From positions 1-10,937 of the forward strand of contig JBKGZT010000046.1 of the NCBI GenBank assembly GCA_046543235.1: a stretch of 10,937 nt of DNA, given 5' to 3'. Below the pieces are notes generated by a model, which saw only the letters and a list, made by a program, of their open reading frames with translations, did no database searches and was not told the origin of the DNA. This document shows positions 1 through 7,085 of the stretch, piece by piece; position 1 is the first letter of the stretch, and each line of letters begins with the position of its first letter. Both the position numbers and the translations under genes were made by a program. Source of the stretch: Candidatus Acetothermia bacterium (GTDB taxonomy: Bacteria; Bipolaricaulota; Bipolaricaulia; M55B111).

Positions 1-15
1 TTCGGTGCCTTTTTT
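1..15 (+). terminator. Possible 3' half of an intrinsic terminator (TTCG loop, GTGCC stem arm, T6) for a gene left of the window
   Basis: The window begins TTCG-GTGCC-TTTTTT. The 5' stem arm lies outside the window, so it cannot be confirmed. Confidence 0.3.
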
Positions 16-50
16 GCGTGATGGCCGAAAACATGGGTAATGGAGAAAGA

Positions 51-98
51 CAAAATCGAAAAGGAAATTTTCACTCGAGTAAAATACCTCCGATTTTG
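51..98. repeat. 48-bp imperfect palindrome downstream of gatB (possible terminator or protein-binding site)
   Basis: CAAAATCG (51-58) pairs with CGATTTTG (91-98). Inside are AGG/CCT and ATTTT/AAAAT arms around a central ACTCGAGT palindrome (73-80). Confidence 0.5.
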
Positions 99-166
99 CT
101 AAATAATTACCAAAAAGCTGGAATTCGACCACTGTAACTTAAAAAGGTCCATCAAGTAGCTCACAG

Positions 167-1561
167 TCAAAGTTTCTCCTGAAACATCTCCCTGGCCTTG
201 TTGGGGTCCGCCTGGCCCTCGGTTTTGCTCATCAGCTGTCCGATCAGGAACCCGAGCACGTTTTCATTACCCGCCCTGAAATCCTCTACTGCGTCGGGGT
301 TTTCCTCGATTACTTCGTCGATCATCTTTCCCAGCTCTCCTTCGTCGGAGATCCTCTTTAGCCCTTCTGATTCGACTATATCCTTCGGAGTTCTTCCTTC
401 CGTAAACGCTCGTTCCAGGACGTCCTTGGCCGTGTTATCGTTGATTTCGCCTTCACCGACCAGTTCCACCAGGTAGGCAAAATCTTCCGGTGCCACGTCA
501 CCGAGTTCTGCTTCGGGCATCTTCAATATCCGAAATACTTCGGACATCATCCAGTTACTGATCTCCTTTGGGGAATCGTAGCTTTCTACGGCCTCTTCGA
601 AGTAATTTGCGATATACTTATCTTCGGTAAGTTCCCCGATGTCGTAGTCCGGCAGGCCGAACTCCTCCTTCCACCTTTTTACCTTCTGCCCCGGCAATTC
701 GGGCAGTTCGTCTTTGACGTCTTCCTTCCACTCGTCGCTTATCAGGAGTGGGACGAGGTCGGGCTCCGGGAAGTAGCGGTAGTCATGAGCCTCCTCTTTC
801 GAGCGCATAGGGCGTGCCTCTTCCGCATCGGCGTTCCAGCCCAGGGTAACCTGCTCGACCGCTTCTCCCTTTTCCAGTAGTTTTTGCTGCCTTTTCTTCT
901 CGTACTTGAGGGCCTTTTCCACGGCGCTGAAGGAGTTCATGTTCTTGACTTCCGTCTTGGTTCCCATCTTTCCGTCTTCCCCGAGGGAAATGTTGGCGTC
1001 ACAGCGCAACGAGCCCTTTTCCATGTCCCCACTGCAGACTTCGACGTAGCGAAGTATCTGTCTCAACCTCTCCATGAACTTCCTTGCCTCTTCCGGTGAT
1101 TTTATGTCGGGTTCGGTGACTATTTCTATCAGTGGTACGCCCACCCGGTTTAGATCGACCGAGCTTTCGCCGCCGGACTGGTGAACCAGTTTCCCGGCAT
1201 CCTCTTCCATGTGGACTCTCCTGATCCTTATCTTCTCTCCGCCAATTATCAGATGGCCGTCCACGGCTAAAGGCTCGTCGAACTGAGATATCTGGTAACC
1301 TTTTGGCAGGTCGGGGTAAAAGTAGTTTTTCCTGTCGAACTTGGACCTCTCAGGTATTTCGCAGTTCAGAGCCAGGGCGGCCCTCAGTCCGTACTCGACG
1401 GCCTGCTCGTTCAGTACGGGTAAAGTCCCCGGCATTCCGAGGCATACGGGGCATGTGTTGGTGTTGGGCTCCTTGCCGAAGTAATCGCCGGAGCAGCCAC
1501 AGAAGAGCTTGGTTTCCGTGAGCAGCTGGGCGTGAATTTCCAGTCCTATCACTGTTTCCAT
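167..1561 (-). CDS. gatB: Asp-tRNA(Asn)/Glu-tRNA(Gln) amidotransferase subunit B
   Basis: Diagnostic motifs [70 protein letters not shown] and [17 protein letters not shown], plus a C-terminal YqeY-like domain. SD AAGGAG lies upstream of ATG 1561. Confidence 0.98.
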   Translation of the reverse strand: METVIGLEIHAQLLTETKLFCGCSGDYFGKEPNTNTCPVCLGMPGTLPVLNEQAVEYGLRAALALNCEIPERSKFDRKNYFYPDLPKGYQISQFDEPLAVDGHLIIGGEKIRIRRVHMEEDAGKLVHQSGGESSVDLNRVGVPLIEIVTEPDIKSPEEARKFMERLRQILRYVEVCSGDMEKGSLRCDANISLGEDGKMGTKTEVKNMNSFSAVEKALKYEKKRQQKLLEKGEAVEQVTLGWNADAEEARPMRSKEEAHDYRYFPEPDLVPLLISDEWKEDVKDELPELPGQKVKRWKEEFGLPDYDIGELTEDKYIANYFEEAVESYDSPKEISNWMMSEVFRILKMPEAELGDVAPEDFAYLVELVGEGEINDNTAKDVLERAFTEGRTPKDIVESEGLKRISDEGELGKMIDEVIEENPDAVEDFRAGNENVLGFLIGQLMSKTEGQADPNKAREMFQEKL

Positions 1562-1610
1562 TAATATACACTCCTTCTATCGTTCCGGATAATAAAAGAT
1601 AGGATAAAAC

Positions 1611-2060
1611 TTACTTCCAATCAAAGCGAACGGGTTTAGCTCCCGGTGCCACCTCCTGTAACTGTTTTATCAGGAACTCCTTCTTCGAACTATCGTAGGC
1701 AAATAGGTGCGAGTAGCAGCTACAGTCCGAAGCGCCGAACCCCTCCACGGGTTGAGCGAATTCCCGGGCCAATTTCCCAGCCAGGGTACATTCTAGTTCC
1801 TGCTCGGTCGGGATCAGCCAGCTCTCTACTATTTTACCGGGTTTGGTAAGGTGGTCGACGTGCCAGTGCCCGCCATTGTTGGTCCCGTTTGCGACTTCGA
1901 GGTGACGCCCGACCCGCTTTAGTCCCCCGGGCCCCAGGGCAGAGCCGACGTAAAGGTAATCGCCATGGAACCGACCCGAAGTGAGGCTCCCGATTTCCAG
2001 CTCCACCGGTTCCTCGAACCTGATTCTGAGCACGTAAATGCCTTTCGGATACTGACTCAT
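1611..2060 (-). CDS. DUF123 / Uri-superfamily (GIY-YIG-like) putative endonuclease
   Basis: GIYVL...YLYVGSA, KRVGRH, HWHVDHL, EC and GFGASDCSCYSHLF motifs typical of COG1833/DUF123. Starts 10 nt after the galE stop. Confidence 0.85.
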   Translation of the reverse strand: MSQYPKGIYVLRIRFEEPVELEIGSLTSGRFHGDYLYVGSALGPGGLKRVGRHLEVANGTNNGGHWHVDHLTKPGKIVESWLIPTEQELECTLAGKLAREFAQPVEGFGASDCSCYSHLFAYDSSKKEFLIKQLQEVAPGAKPVRFDWK

Positions 2061-2070
2061 TTTAGTGGTA

Positions 2071-3069
2071 TTACAGGTCTAGCTCGTAACGCTGTTTGAT
2101 CCAGTTCCAGCTAGTCTCAACTATCGGGGTCAACTCCTCGTATTCCGGTCTCCAGTTCAGTTCTTCGAAGCCCTTTTCCGGATCAGCAACCAGTCTGGGA
2201 GGGTCTCCGGGTCTTCTATCGCCGGTTCTGACGGGTATGTCTATTCCGGTTACCTCTTTGCACGTATCGATCACTTCCCTGACGGAATGGCCGCTACCCG
2301 TACCCAGGTTGTAGGCGAGGTAGTTGGCTCCGTTCCGGTTAAGTTTTTCGAGGGCGGCGATATGGGCTCTGGCAAGATCGTTGACGAAAATGTAGTCCCG
2401 AATAGGTGTTCCATCGGGGGTCTCGTAGTCCGTTCCGAATATCTCTATATAATCCCGTTTCCCTGCCGCGGCCTCCAGAACCACCGGTATCAGGTGAGTC
2501 TCGGGATCGTGAACCTCCCCTATTTTACCCTCGGGATCCGACCCGGCGGCGTTAAAATACCGGAGCGAACAGGCCGAGAGGGGATAGGCCGTGGCGTAAT
2601 CCTCGAGAATCCTCTCGAAGGTCCACTTGGTCTGCCCGTAGGGGTTCTTGGGCTGTTTCGGGTCATCCTCCTTTATCGGGACCTCTTCGGGATCGCCGTA
2701 AATTGCCGCGCTGGAAGAAAAGATGAACTGGTCGACCCCGAAGGCACGAACAGTATCAAGTAGCGTCAATCCCTTGACGACGTTGTTATGATAGTACTTG
2801 GCCGGATTTTCAACTGACTCCCCTACCCTACAGTGGGCGGCGAAATGCATGACCGCGCCCGGTTCGTATTTATCCAGTGTCTCTTTCAACCTTTTCTCGT
2901 TGCCGATATCTCCTTCTACGAAGTCGTCCGTTAAAACGAACTCCTCGTTACCCGAGACCAGGTTGTCATATACTACCGCTTCGTAACCCCGTTCCAGCAG
3001 CTGTTTTACGGTGTGACTTCCTATGTAACCCGCGCCACCGGTTACGAGGACGGTTTTTTTGTTCCCCAT
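2071..3069 (-). CDS. galE: UDP-glucose 4-epimerase
   Basis: TGGAGYIG NAD-binding motif, HFAA..VGES, FSSSAAIYG, YGQTK (YxxxK), LRYFNAAG, ETHLIP, YNLGTG, RRPGDP. SD GGAGGT upstream. Confidence 0.96.
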   Translation of the reverse strand: MGNKKTVLVTGGAGYIGSHTVKQLLERGYEAVVYDNLVSGNEEFVLTDDFVEGDIGNEKRLKETLDKYEPGAVMHFAAHCRVGESVENPAKYYHNNVVKGLTLLDTVRAFGVDQFIFSSSAAIYGDPEEVPIKEDDPKQPKNPYGQTKWTFERILEDYATAYPLSACSLRYFNAAGSDPEGKIGEVHDPETHLIPVVLEAAAGKRDYIEIFGTDYETPDGTPIRDYIFVNDLARAHIAALEKLNRNGANYLAYNLGTGSGHSVREVIDTCKEVTGIDIPVRTGDRRPGDPPRLVADPEKGFEELNWRPEYEELTPIVETSWNWIKQRYELDL

Positions 3070-3125
3070 ATTACCTCCCAGTTGAAATAGTCCAGTTGTC
3101 CACGATGTGTCAAAACCTTTTAAAT

Positions 3126-3154
3126 ATTCTAACCAGAGGAAAAGTTTTTCACAA
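3126..3154 (-). promoter_or_regulatory. Putative sigma70 promoter for galE-DUF123-gatB
   Basis: Minus strand TTGTGA (3154-3149), 17-nt spacer, TAGAAT (3131-3126). Confidence 0.55.
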
Positions 3155-3243
3155 ACGGGGTTTGACCCACGGTTGACTCTCTCGGTTGTTAGCCTCCCGC
3201 CTCAACTTGCAATTTCGAATTCATGTCCCACAATATGCTTATT

Positions 3244-4350
3244 ATGAATAGAAAAATCGAGAGACTCAGAGGTTTTCTAAAAGAAGGCAATGAGGACCGG
3301 GACCGGATAGACGGATACCTTTTGATCAACATGGAATCCTCCGACAGGAGCAACCAGCGCTTTCTGACGGGCTTCGACTCGTCACTCGGGTGCGTGGTTG
3401 TGCTCCGGGACCGGACGATATTCCTGACCGATTCCCGGTATTCCGATGCGGCGAGGGGAGAGCTCGGGGAGGCGGAATTTCAGGAGATCGAAACGCGACC
3501 GCTGAAAACGACGGCCGAACTGGTAAACGACCTGGGGGTCAATTCGGTGGCGATTGACCAGAACGACCTCAGTCTGGCTACCTATAACGAGCTGAAAGAT
3601 GAATTAGAAGGACCTGAATTGATTCAGGTCGACGGGTGGCTTTCCGAAATCCGGCAGGTGAAGGAGGACGAAGAGATCGAGCTCCACGGGGAGGCAGCGG
3701 AGATTGCTGATCAAGCTTTTTCGTACCTGATCGATTTCGTGGAGCCCGGTATGACCGAACGGGAAGTAGCTCTGGAACTGGAATTCTACATGAGGGAAAA
3801 CGGCGCAGAAGACATCTCTTTTTCACCGATAGTTGCCTCCGGTGAAAAGAGCGCCCTCCCCCATGCAAAACCGGGGGATGAGGAGATAAAGGAGGATGAG
3901 CTCCTGCTCGTCGATATGGGGGCAAAGTACCGGGGATATTGTTCGGATTTAACCAGGACCCTCTACTTCGGTGACCCCTCTGAGAAGGTTCGGGAAGTAT
4001 ACCGGGTAGTGCTCGAAGCCCAGCAGGTCGGGCTGGAAAACATCGAACCGGGAGTAGGTGGAAGGGAGGTGCATCGGAAGGCCAGCGAGGTCATAGAGGA
4101 AGCTGGATACGGCGAGAACTTCGGCCACGGGCTCGGGCACGGCGTCGGGCTGGACGTCCATGAAGGTCCCCGCTTGAGCGAAACCAGCGGAGATACGCTG
4201 AAGCCGGGTATGGTCGTCACCGTCGAACCGGGAATCTATCTGGCCGGCTGGGGTGGGATCCGGATAGAGGACATGGTGAGGATCACCGAGGACGGTTGCG
4301 TTCCCTTCTCCAGGGCACCGAAGGAAGAGATCATCAATCCGATCGGCTAA
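3244..4350 (+). CDS. Xaa-Pro aminopeptidase/prolidase (M24B family)
   Basis: Creatinase-like N-domain (FLTGF, TDSRY). Metal-site motifs DMGAKYRGYCSDLTRT, HGLGHGVGLDVHE, TVEPGIY and IRIEDMV. Start is uncertain among ATG 3223, 3235 and 3244; no SD seen. Confidence 0.93.
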   Translation: MNRKIERLRGFLKEGNEDRDRIDGYLLINMESSDRSNQRFLTGFDSSLGCVVVLRDRTIFLTDSRYSDAARGELGEAEFQEIETRPLKTTAELVNDLGVNSVAIDQNDLSLATYNELKDELEGPELIQVDGWLSEIRQVKEDEEIELHGEAAEIADQAFSYLIDFVEPGMTEREVALELEFYMRENGAEDISFSPIVASGEKSALPHAKPGDEEIKEDELLLVDMGAKYRGYCSDLTRTLYFGDPSEKVREVYRVVLEAQQVGLENIEPGVGGREVHRKASEVIEEAGYGENFGHGLGHGVGLDVHEGPRLSETSGDTLKPGMVVTVEPGIYLAGWGGIRIEDMVRITEDGCVPFSRAPKEEIINPIG

Positions 4351-4877
4351 TATAAAAGCATCCCCAGGATTCCCGCTAAAACGATGGCCGCGATGGGGTG
4401 TTGATCCATCAGGTCAAGGAATATAAATATCAACACCGCGATCACGAGGTTCTTCCCAATAACGACTACCGACTTGCCCACGAATGCCGTCATACCGATG
4501 GATATCTCGGCCGTCGCTATGAGGCCAATCACGGCCGGCCGCAGTCCCTTCAGTAACCCGCGAATGTACTTCGATTTTTTAAACTTCTCAAAGTACCTCG
4601 CAAGGGTGGTGCTTAAGATCGAAGGTAGCAGGAGGACTCCGAAGGTGGCAGTCAGGGCACCCAGGAACTTCTCCAGGTTGTAGCCGACGAAAGTGGCGCT
4701 ATTTACCGCTATAGGACCGGGGCTCATCTGGGCTATGGCGATGATGTCGACGAACTCCCCATAGGTCATCCACTCGTTCCTGACGATTAGCAGTTGTTCG
4801 ATGAACGGGATCGCTGCGTAGCCGCCGCCGAAGCTAAAAATACCGACCTGGAGAAAAACCAGCAATAATCGGAACAC
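4347..4877 (-). CDS. Short-chain chromate ion transporter (CHR family), second subunit
   Basis: FSFGGGYAAIP, AQMSPGPIAVNSATFVG and GLRPAVIGLI; hydrophobic. GTG start lies 3 nt after the partner's stop. Confidence 0.92.
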   Translation of the reverse strand: MFRLLLVFLQVGIFSFGGGYAAIPFIEQLLIVRNEWMTYGEFVDIIAIAQMSPGPIAVNSATFVGYNLEKFLGALTATFGVLLLPSILSTTLARYFEKFKKSKYIRGLLKGLRPAVIGLIATAEISIGMTAFVGKSVVVIGKNLVIAVLIFIFLDLMDQHPIAAIVLAGILGMLLY

Positions 4878-4880
4878 GAT

Positions 4881-5426
4881 TTATCCCTCTCTTTCTTCCA
4901 TAGGCTGGAACACGAAATAGCCCAGCCCGGCCGATATCAGTATCGCGAAACCGGGATGGAACCCAAATCCGCTTATCGCGGCTATTATCGCAGCCACCAG
5001 GACCACCTTGTAAACGTTCCAGTTGACTTTCTGAGCCAGTCGTTTAAGGGCGAGGAGAATCAACACCAATACCGCCACCCGAATACCTCTAAAGGCCTGC
5101 TGGACAAGGGGTATTTCCATGTACCTTAGGAGAAAAGAGGCGATTAGCAGTATCACCGAAAAGGGCGGAATGGCCACGGCGATCGCACTAGTCAGAGCCC
5201 CAGGTACACCTTGGACGTGATAGCCGATGAAGATAGCCACGTTTACTGCCAGAGAACCGGGCAGACTCTGGGTGAACGCAACGATGTCGAAGAACTCGTC
5301 CTCCCTCAGCATGGAATTCTTCTTTATAATCTCCTCCTCGATGAGAGGGATCATCGCAAACCCTCCGCCGAAGGTAAATAAGCCCAGCTGAATAAATATC
5401 CGAAAGAGCTTAAACAGAGTGCTCAA
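4881..5426 (-). CDS. Short-chain chromate ion transporter (CHR family), first subunit
   Basis: FTFGGGFAMIPLI, TQSLPGSLAVNVAIFIG and FRGIRVAV. TTG start with SD AGGGGTGA. Confidence 0.92.
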   Translation of the reverse strand: MSTLFKLFRIFIQLGLFTFGGGFAMIPLIEEEIIKKNSMLREDEFFDIVAFTQSLPGSLAVNVAIFIGYHVQGVPGALTSAIAVAIPPFSVILLIASFLLRYMEIPLVQQAFRGIRVAVLVLILLALKRLAQKVNWNVYKVVLVAAIIAAISGFGFHPGFAILISAGLGYFVFQPMEEREG

Positions 5427-5552
5427 AGGTTATCACCCCTTGCTGGGAAAGCCATGAACCCCGCCGATTTCGGAGTGATCCTATATAGAAAGCCCCCCGA
5501 GTAGGGATCCACGCCGGGATATATGAACAATGGTAGGAGCTTATGGAGGATA

Positions 5553-5864
5553 TCATCTAATGGTGTTCGTCGTTCTAACTCTCGAGGACTTTTGGTAGAA
5601 GTGAACTCGACTGAACTTTATCCTGTCAAGTTTTTCGACGCCCGGCCGGAAATAATTATTATATTCGGTGCCGATCTTTTGGGCCTCGCTTGCCGGTGTT
5701 CGAGGGCTCGGAGCTAACTCGGGGTAGGAACCGGGAGGGAGATCCCGGTACGAAAAGTGAACTGAAAGTACGGCCGAACCCGGTGGCTCGTCTTCGTCCT
5801 CCGGTTTGTTTGCCTGGTCGTCCGGAGAATCCAAGCTGTCTTCGCCTTTTTCATCTACGGTCAC
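5553..5864 (-). CDS. Hypothetical 103-aa protein with an acidic, low-complexity N-terminus (possibly a gene remnant)
   Basis: SD GAGGTG lies 6 nt before GTG 5864, with an upstream promoter. N-terminus MTVDEKGEDSLDSPDDQANKPEDEDEPP is acidic like the neighbouring proteins. No recognisable domain, and the 3' half overlaps regulatory-looking DNA. Confidence 0.35.
   Translation of the reverse strand: MTVDEKGEDSLDSPDDQANKPEDEDEPPGSAVLSVHFSYRDLPPGSYPELAPSPRTPASEAQKIGTEYNNYFRPGVEKLDRIKFSRVHFYQKSSRVRTTNTIR
5650..5664. promoter_or_regulatory. Fur/PerR-family-like 7-1-7 box
   Basis: AAATAAT-T-ATTATAT has a perfect ATAAT-N-ATTAT core. It is an AT island in GC-rich DNA, about 20 nt upstream (minus strand) of TTGACA at 5629-5624. 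Confidence 0.3.
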
Positions 5865-5902
5865 TCTCGACACCTCGAGTTGAGCGATGTTCTCGGTCAA
5901 GC

Positions 5903-5930
5903 ATTATACACAACTATTTGCCTGGATCAA
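5903..5930 (-). promoter_or_regulatory. Putative sigma70 promoter toward the small ORF and CHR pair
   Basis: TTGATC (5930-5925), 16-nt spacer, TATAAT (5908-5903). Confidence 0.55.
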
Positions 5931-5954
5931 TCCCTTTTTCAAAAACCAGCTAAT

Positions 5955-5983
5955 TTGCTTTCTTCCCCTAAGGTTTTTACAAT
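5955..5983 (+). promoter_or_regulatory. Putative sigma70 promoter for the GT4 gene
   Basis: TTGCTT (5955-5960), 17-nt spacer, TACAAT (5978-5983). Supports the ATG 6022 start rather than 5887. Confidence 0.6.
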
Positions 5984-6021
5984 TTGAAGAGACTTTGGGC
6001 GAGAGAGCGGGGCGAAAGTAC

Positions 6022-7050
6022 ATGGATCTGGAAAGCGTATGTGTTTATAAAGACCCGATGATGTACGGAGCACACGGGATCACTTCCGCGGTAGAACACC
6101 AGCGCAAGGCGTTGGAGATTCACGGGATAGAAGTCAGGGAAAAACCCGTTGAGCCGTACGGGGCAATTCATATAAACTGGCCCGGACCTTTATCCTATCT
6201 CAGGCTCAAGGGGACCCAGCGGCGTGGGAAGTTGGGAATCGTATTCGTTCACGCCGGTCGAAGTATAGATAGGGGGTTCACTCTTTCCCAATATCTGGGG
6301 AAGCCCATGGTTAACAAGCTCTGGCTTTCTCGGATTTATGAAACCGCCGATGTAGTTATCGCCCCTACCCAGTACGCTCAAGGTAAGATGATGGACTTCG
6401 GCGTCGATCCGGAGAAGATCCGTGTAGTCAGCAACGGTGTCGACTTCTCGAAGATCCAGTATTCTCAGCAGGAACGCAGAAGGTACAGGGAACGCTATAA
6501 AATTGATCGGCCCACGGTAATTACCATCGGCCAGGTCAAGCCCAGAAAGGACGTTTCCACTTTCGTCGAGGTAGCGAGAGAACTTCCCCAGTACCAGTTT
6601 ATCTGGTACGGGCAAAAGATAGATTGGTCTTCGTTGTTCGGCGATAACACGGACGAGATAGTATATAATTCTCCGGACAACGTAAGATTTACGGGTTACG
6701 TCGGAAATATTGACGCCGCCCTCTCCTCTGGCGACCTATTTTTCTTTCCCTCCAAGGAGGAGAACGAAGCCATAGTCCTCCTGGAAGCGGCCGCCCATGG
6801 CTTGCCGATCGTGACGAGGGACCTTCCGGCCTACAAGGACCTGTTGACCGACGGGGAAAGCTGTTTGAAGGGTCAAGAAACCGAAGAGTTCGTCGAACTG
6901 ATCAAGGAAGCCATGGAGGAAAACAAGGTTAGAGGAAAGATAACGGAAAACGCAAAAGAAGCAGCCAAAAAGTATAGCCTGGAAAATATCGGAAGGAAGT
7001 ACCTGGAAATTTACGAGGAATTTTCGGATGGGAAGAAAGGGGAAAATTGA
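6022..7050 (+). CDS. GT4 glycosyltransferase, CpoA/diglycosyl-diacylglycerol-synthase-like
   Basis: GITSAVEHQRKAL, IHINWPGP, ADVVIAPT, VSNGVD, RKDVSTFVEVA..LP.YQFIWYG and FPSKEENEAIVLLEA (EX7E) follow the motif pattern I recall for streptococcal CpoA-type glycolipid GTs. Confidence 0.88.
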   Translation: MDLESVCVYKDPMMYGAHGITSAVEHQRKALEIHGIEVREKPVEPYGAIHINWPGPLSYLRLKGTQRRGKLGIVFVHAGRSIDRGFTLSQYLGKPMVNKLWLSRIYETADVVIAPTQYAQGKMMDFGVDPEKIRVVSNGVDFSKIQYSQQERRRYRERYKIDRPTVITIGQVKPRKDVSTFVEVARELPQYQFIWYGQKIDWSSLFGDNTDEIVYNSPDNVRFTGYVGNIDAALSSGDLFFFPSKEENEAIVLLEAAAHGLPIVTRDLPAYKDLLTDGESCLKGQETEEFVELIKEAMEENKVRGKITENAKEAAKKYSLENIGRKYLEIYEEFSDGKKGEN

Positions 7051-7085
7051 CGGAAGGGTTGGACCCTAAAAGAGTCCTTTGGACA

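Noticed and set aside
1-15. TCGGTGCCTTTTTT resembles the 3' end of a tracrRNA
   Set aside because: Generic terminator-like end. No cas genes or repeats in the window, and the 5' part is not visible.
3085-3113. Second galE promoter from TTGACA at 3113-3108
   Set aside because: No acceptable -10 at 16-18 nt spacing; the 3126-3154 candidate is better.
3137-3154. Rex-like box (TTGTGAA half site) upstream of galE
   Set aside because: The second half (TTTTCCT) matches TTCACAA at only 3 of 7 positions; better explained as a -35 element.
5452-5530. Purine-riboswitch-like text (TTCATATATCCCGG...GGCTTTCTA) upstream of the CHR pair
   Set aside because: No P1 3' strand, and the L2/L3 kissing-loop consensus (ATATGG/CCGTAAA) is missing.
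5556-5600. Fluoride-riboswitch-like ATGGTGTTCG
   Set aside because: The P1 stem and the 3' ATGAC..CTAC element are absent, and it faces away from the transporters.
5423-5620. Stop-free minus-strand frame ending at a TGA that overlaps the CHR TTG start
   Set aside because: No convincing SD plus start codon and no recognisable protein.
5790-5850. tmRNA-like tag (GCAAAC..., ANKPEDEDE)
   Set aside because: No tRNA-like 5' or 3' ends and no ALAA-type stop.
5887-6021. 45-aa N-terminal extension of the GT4 ORF; likewise the extensions of aor (to 10895), hpnB (to 8980) and ruvX (to 7742)
   Set aside because: They overlap promoters, leaders or the upstream gene; downstream starts fit the SD sites and family N-termini better.
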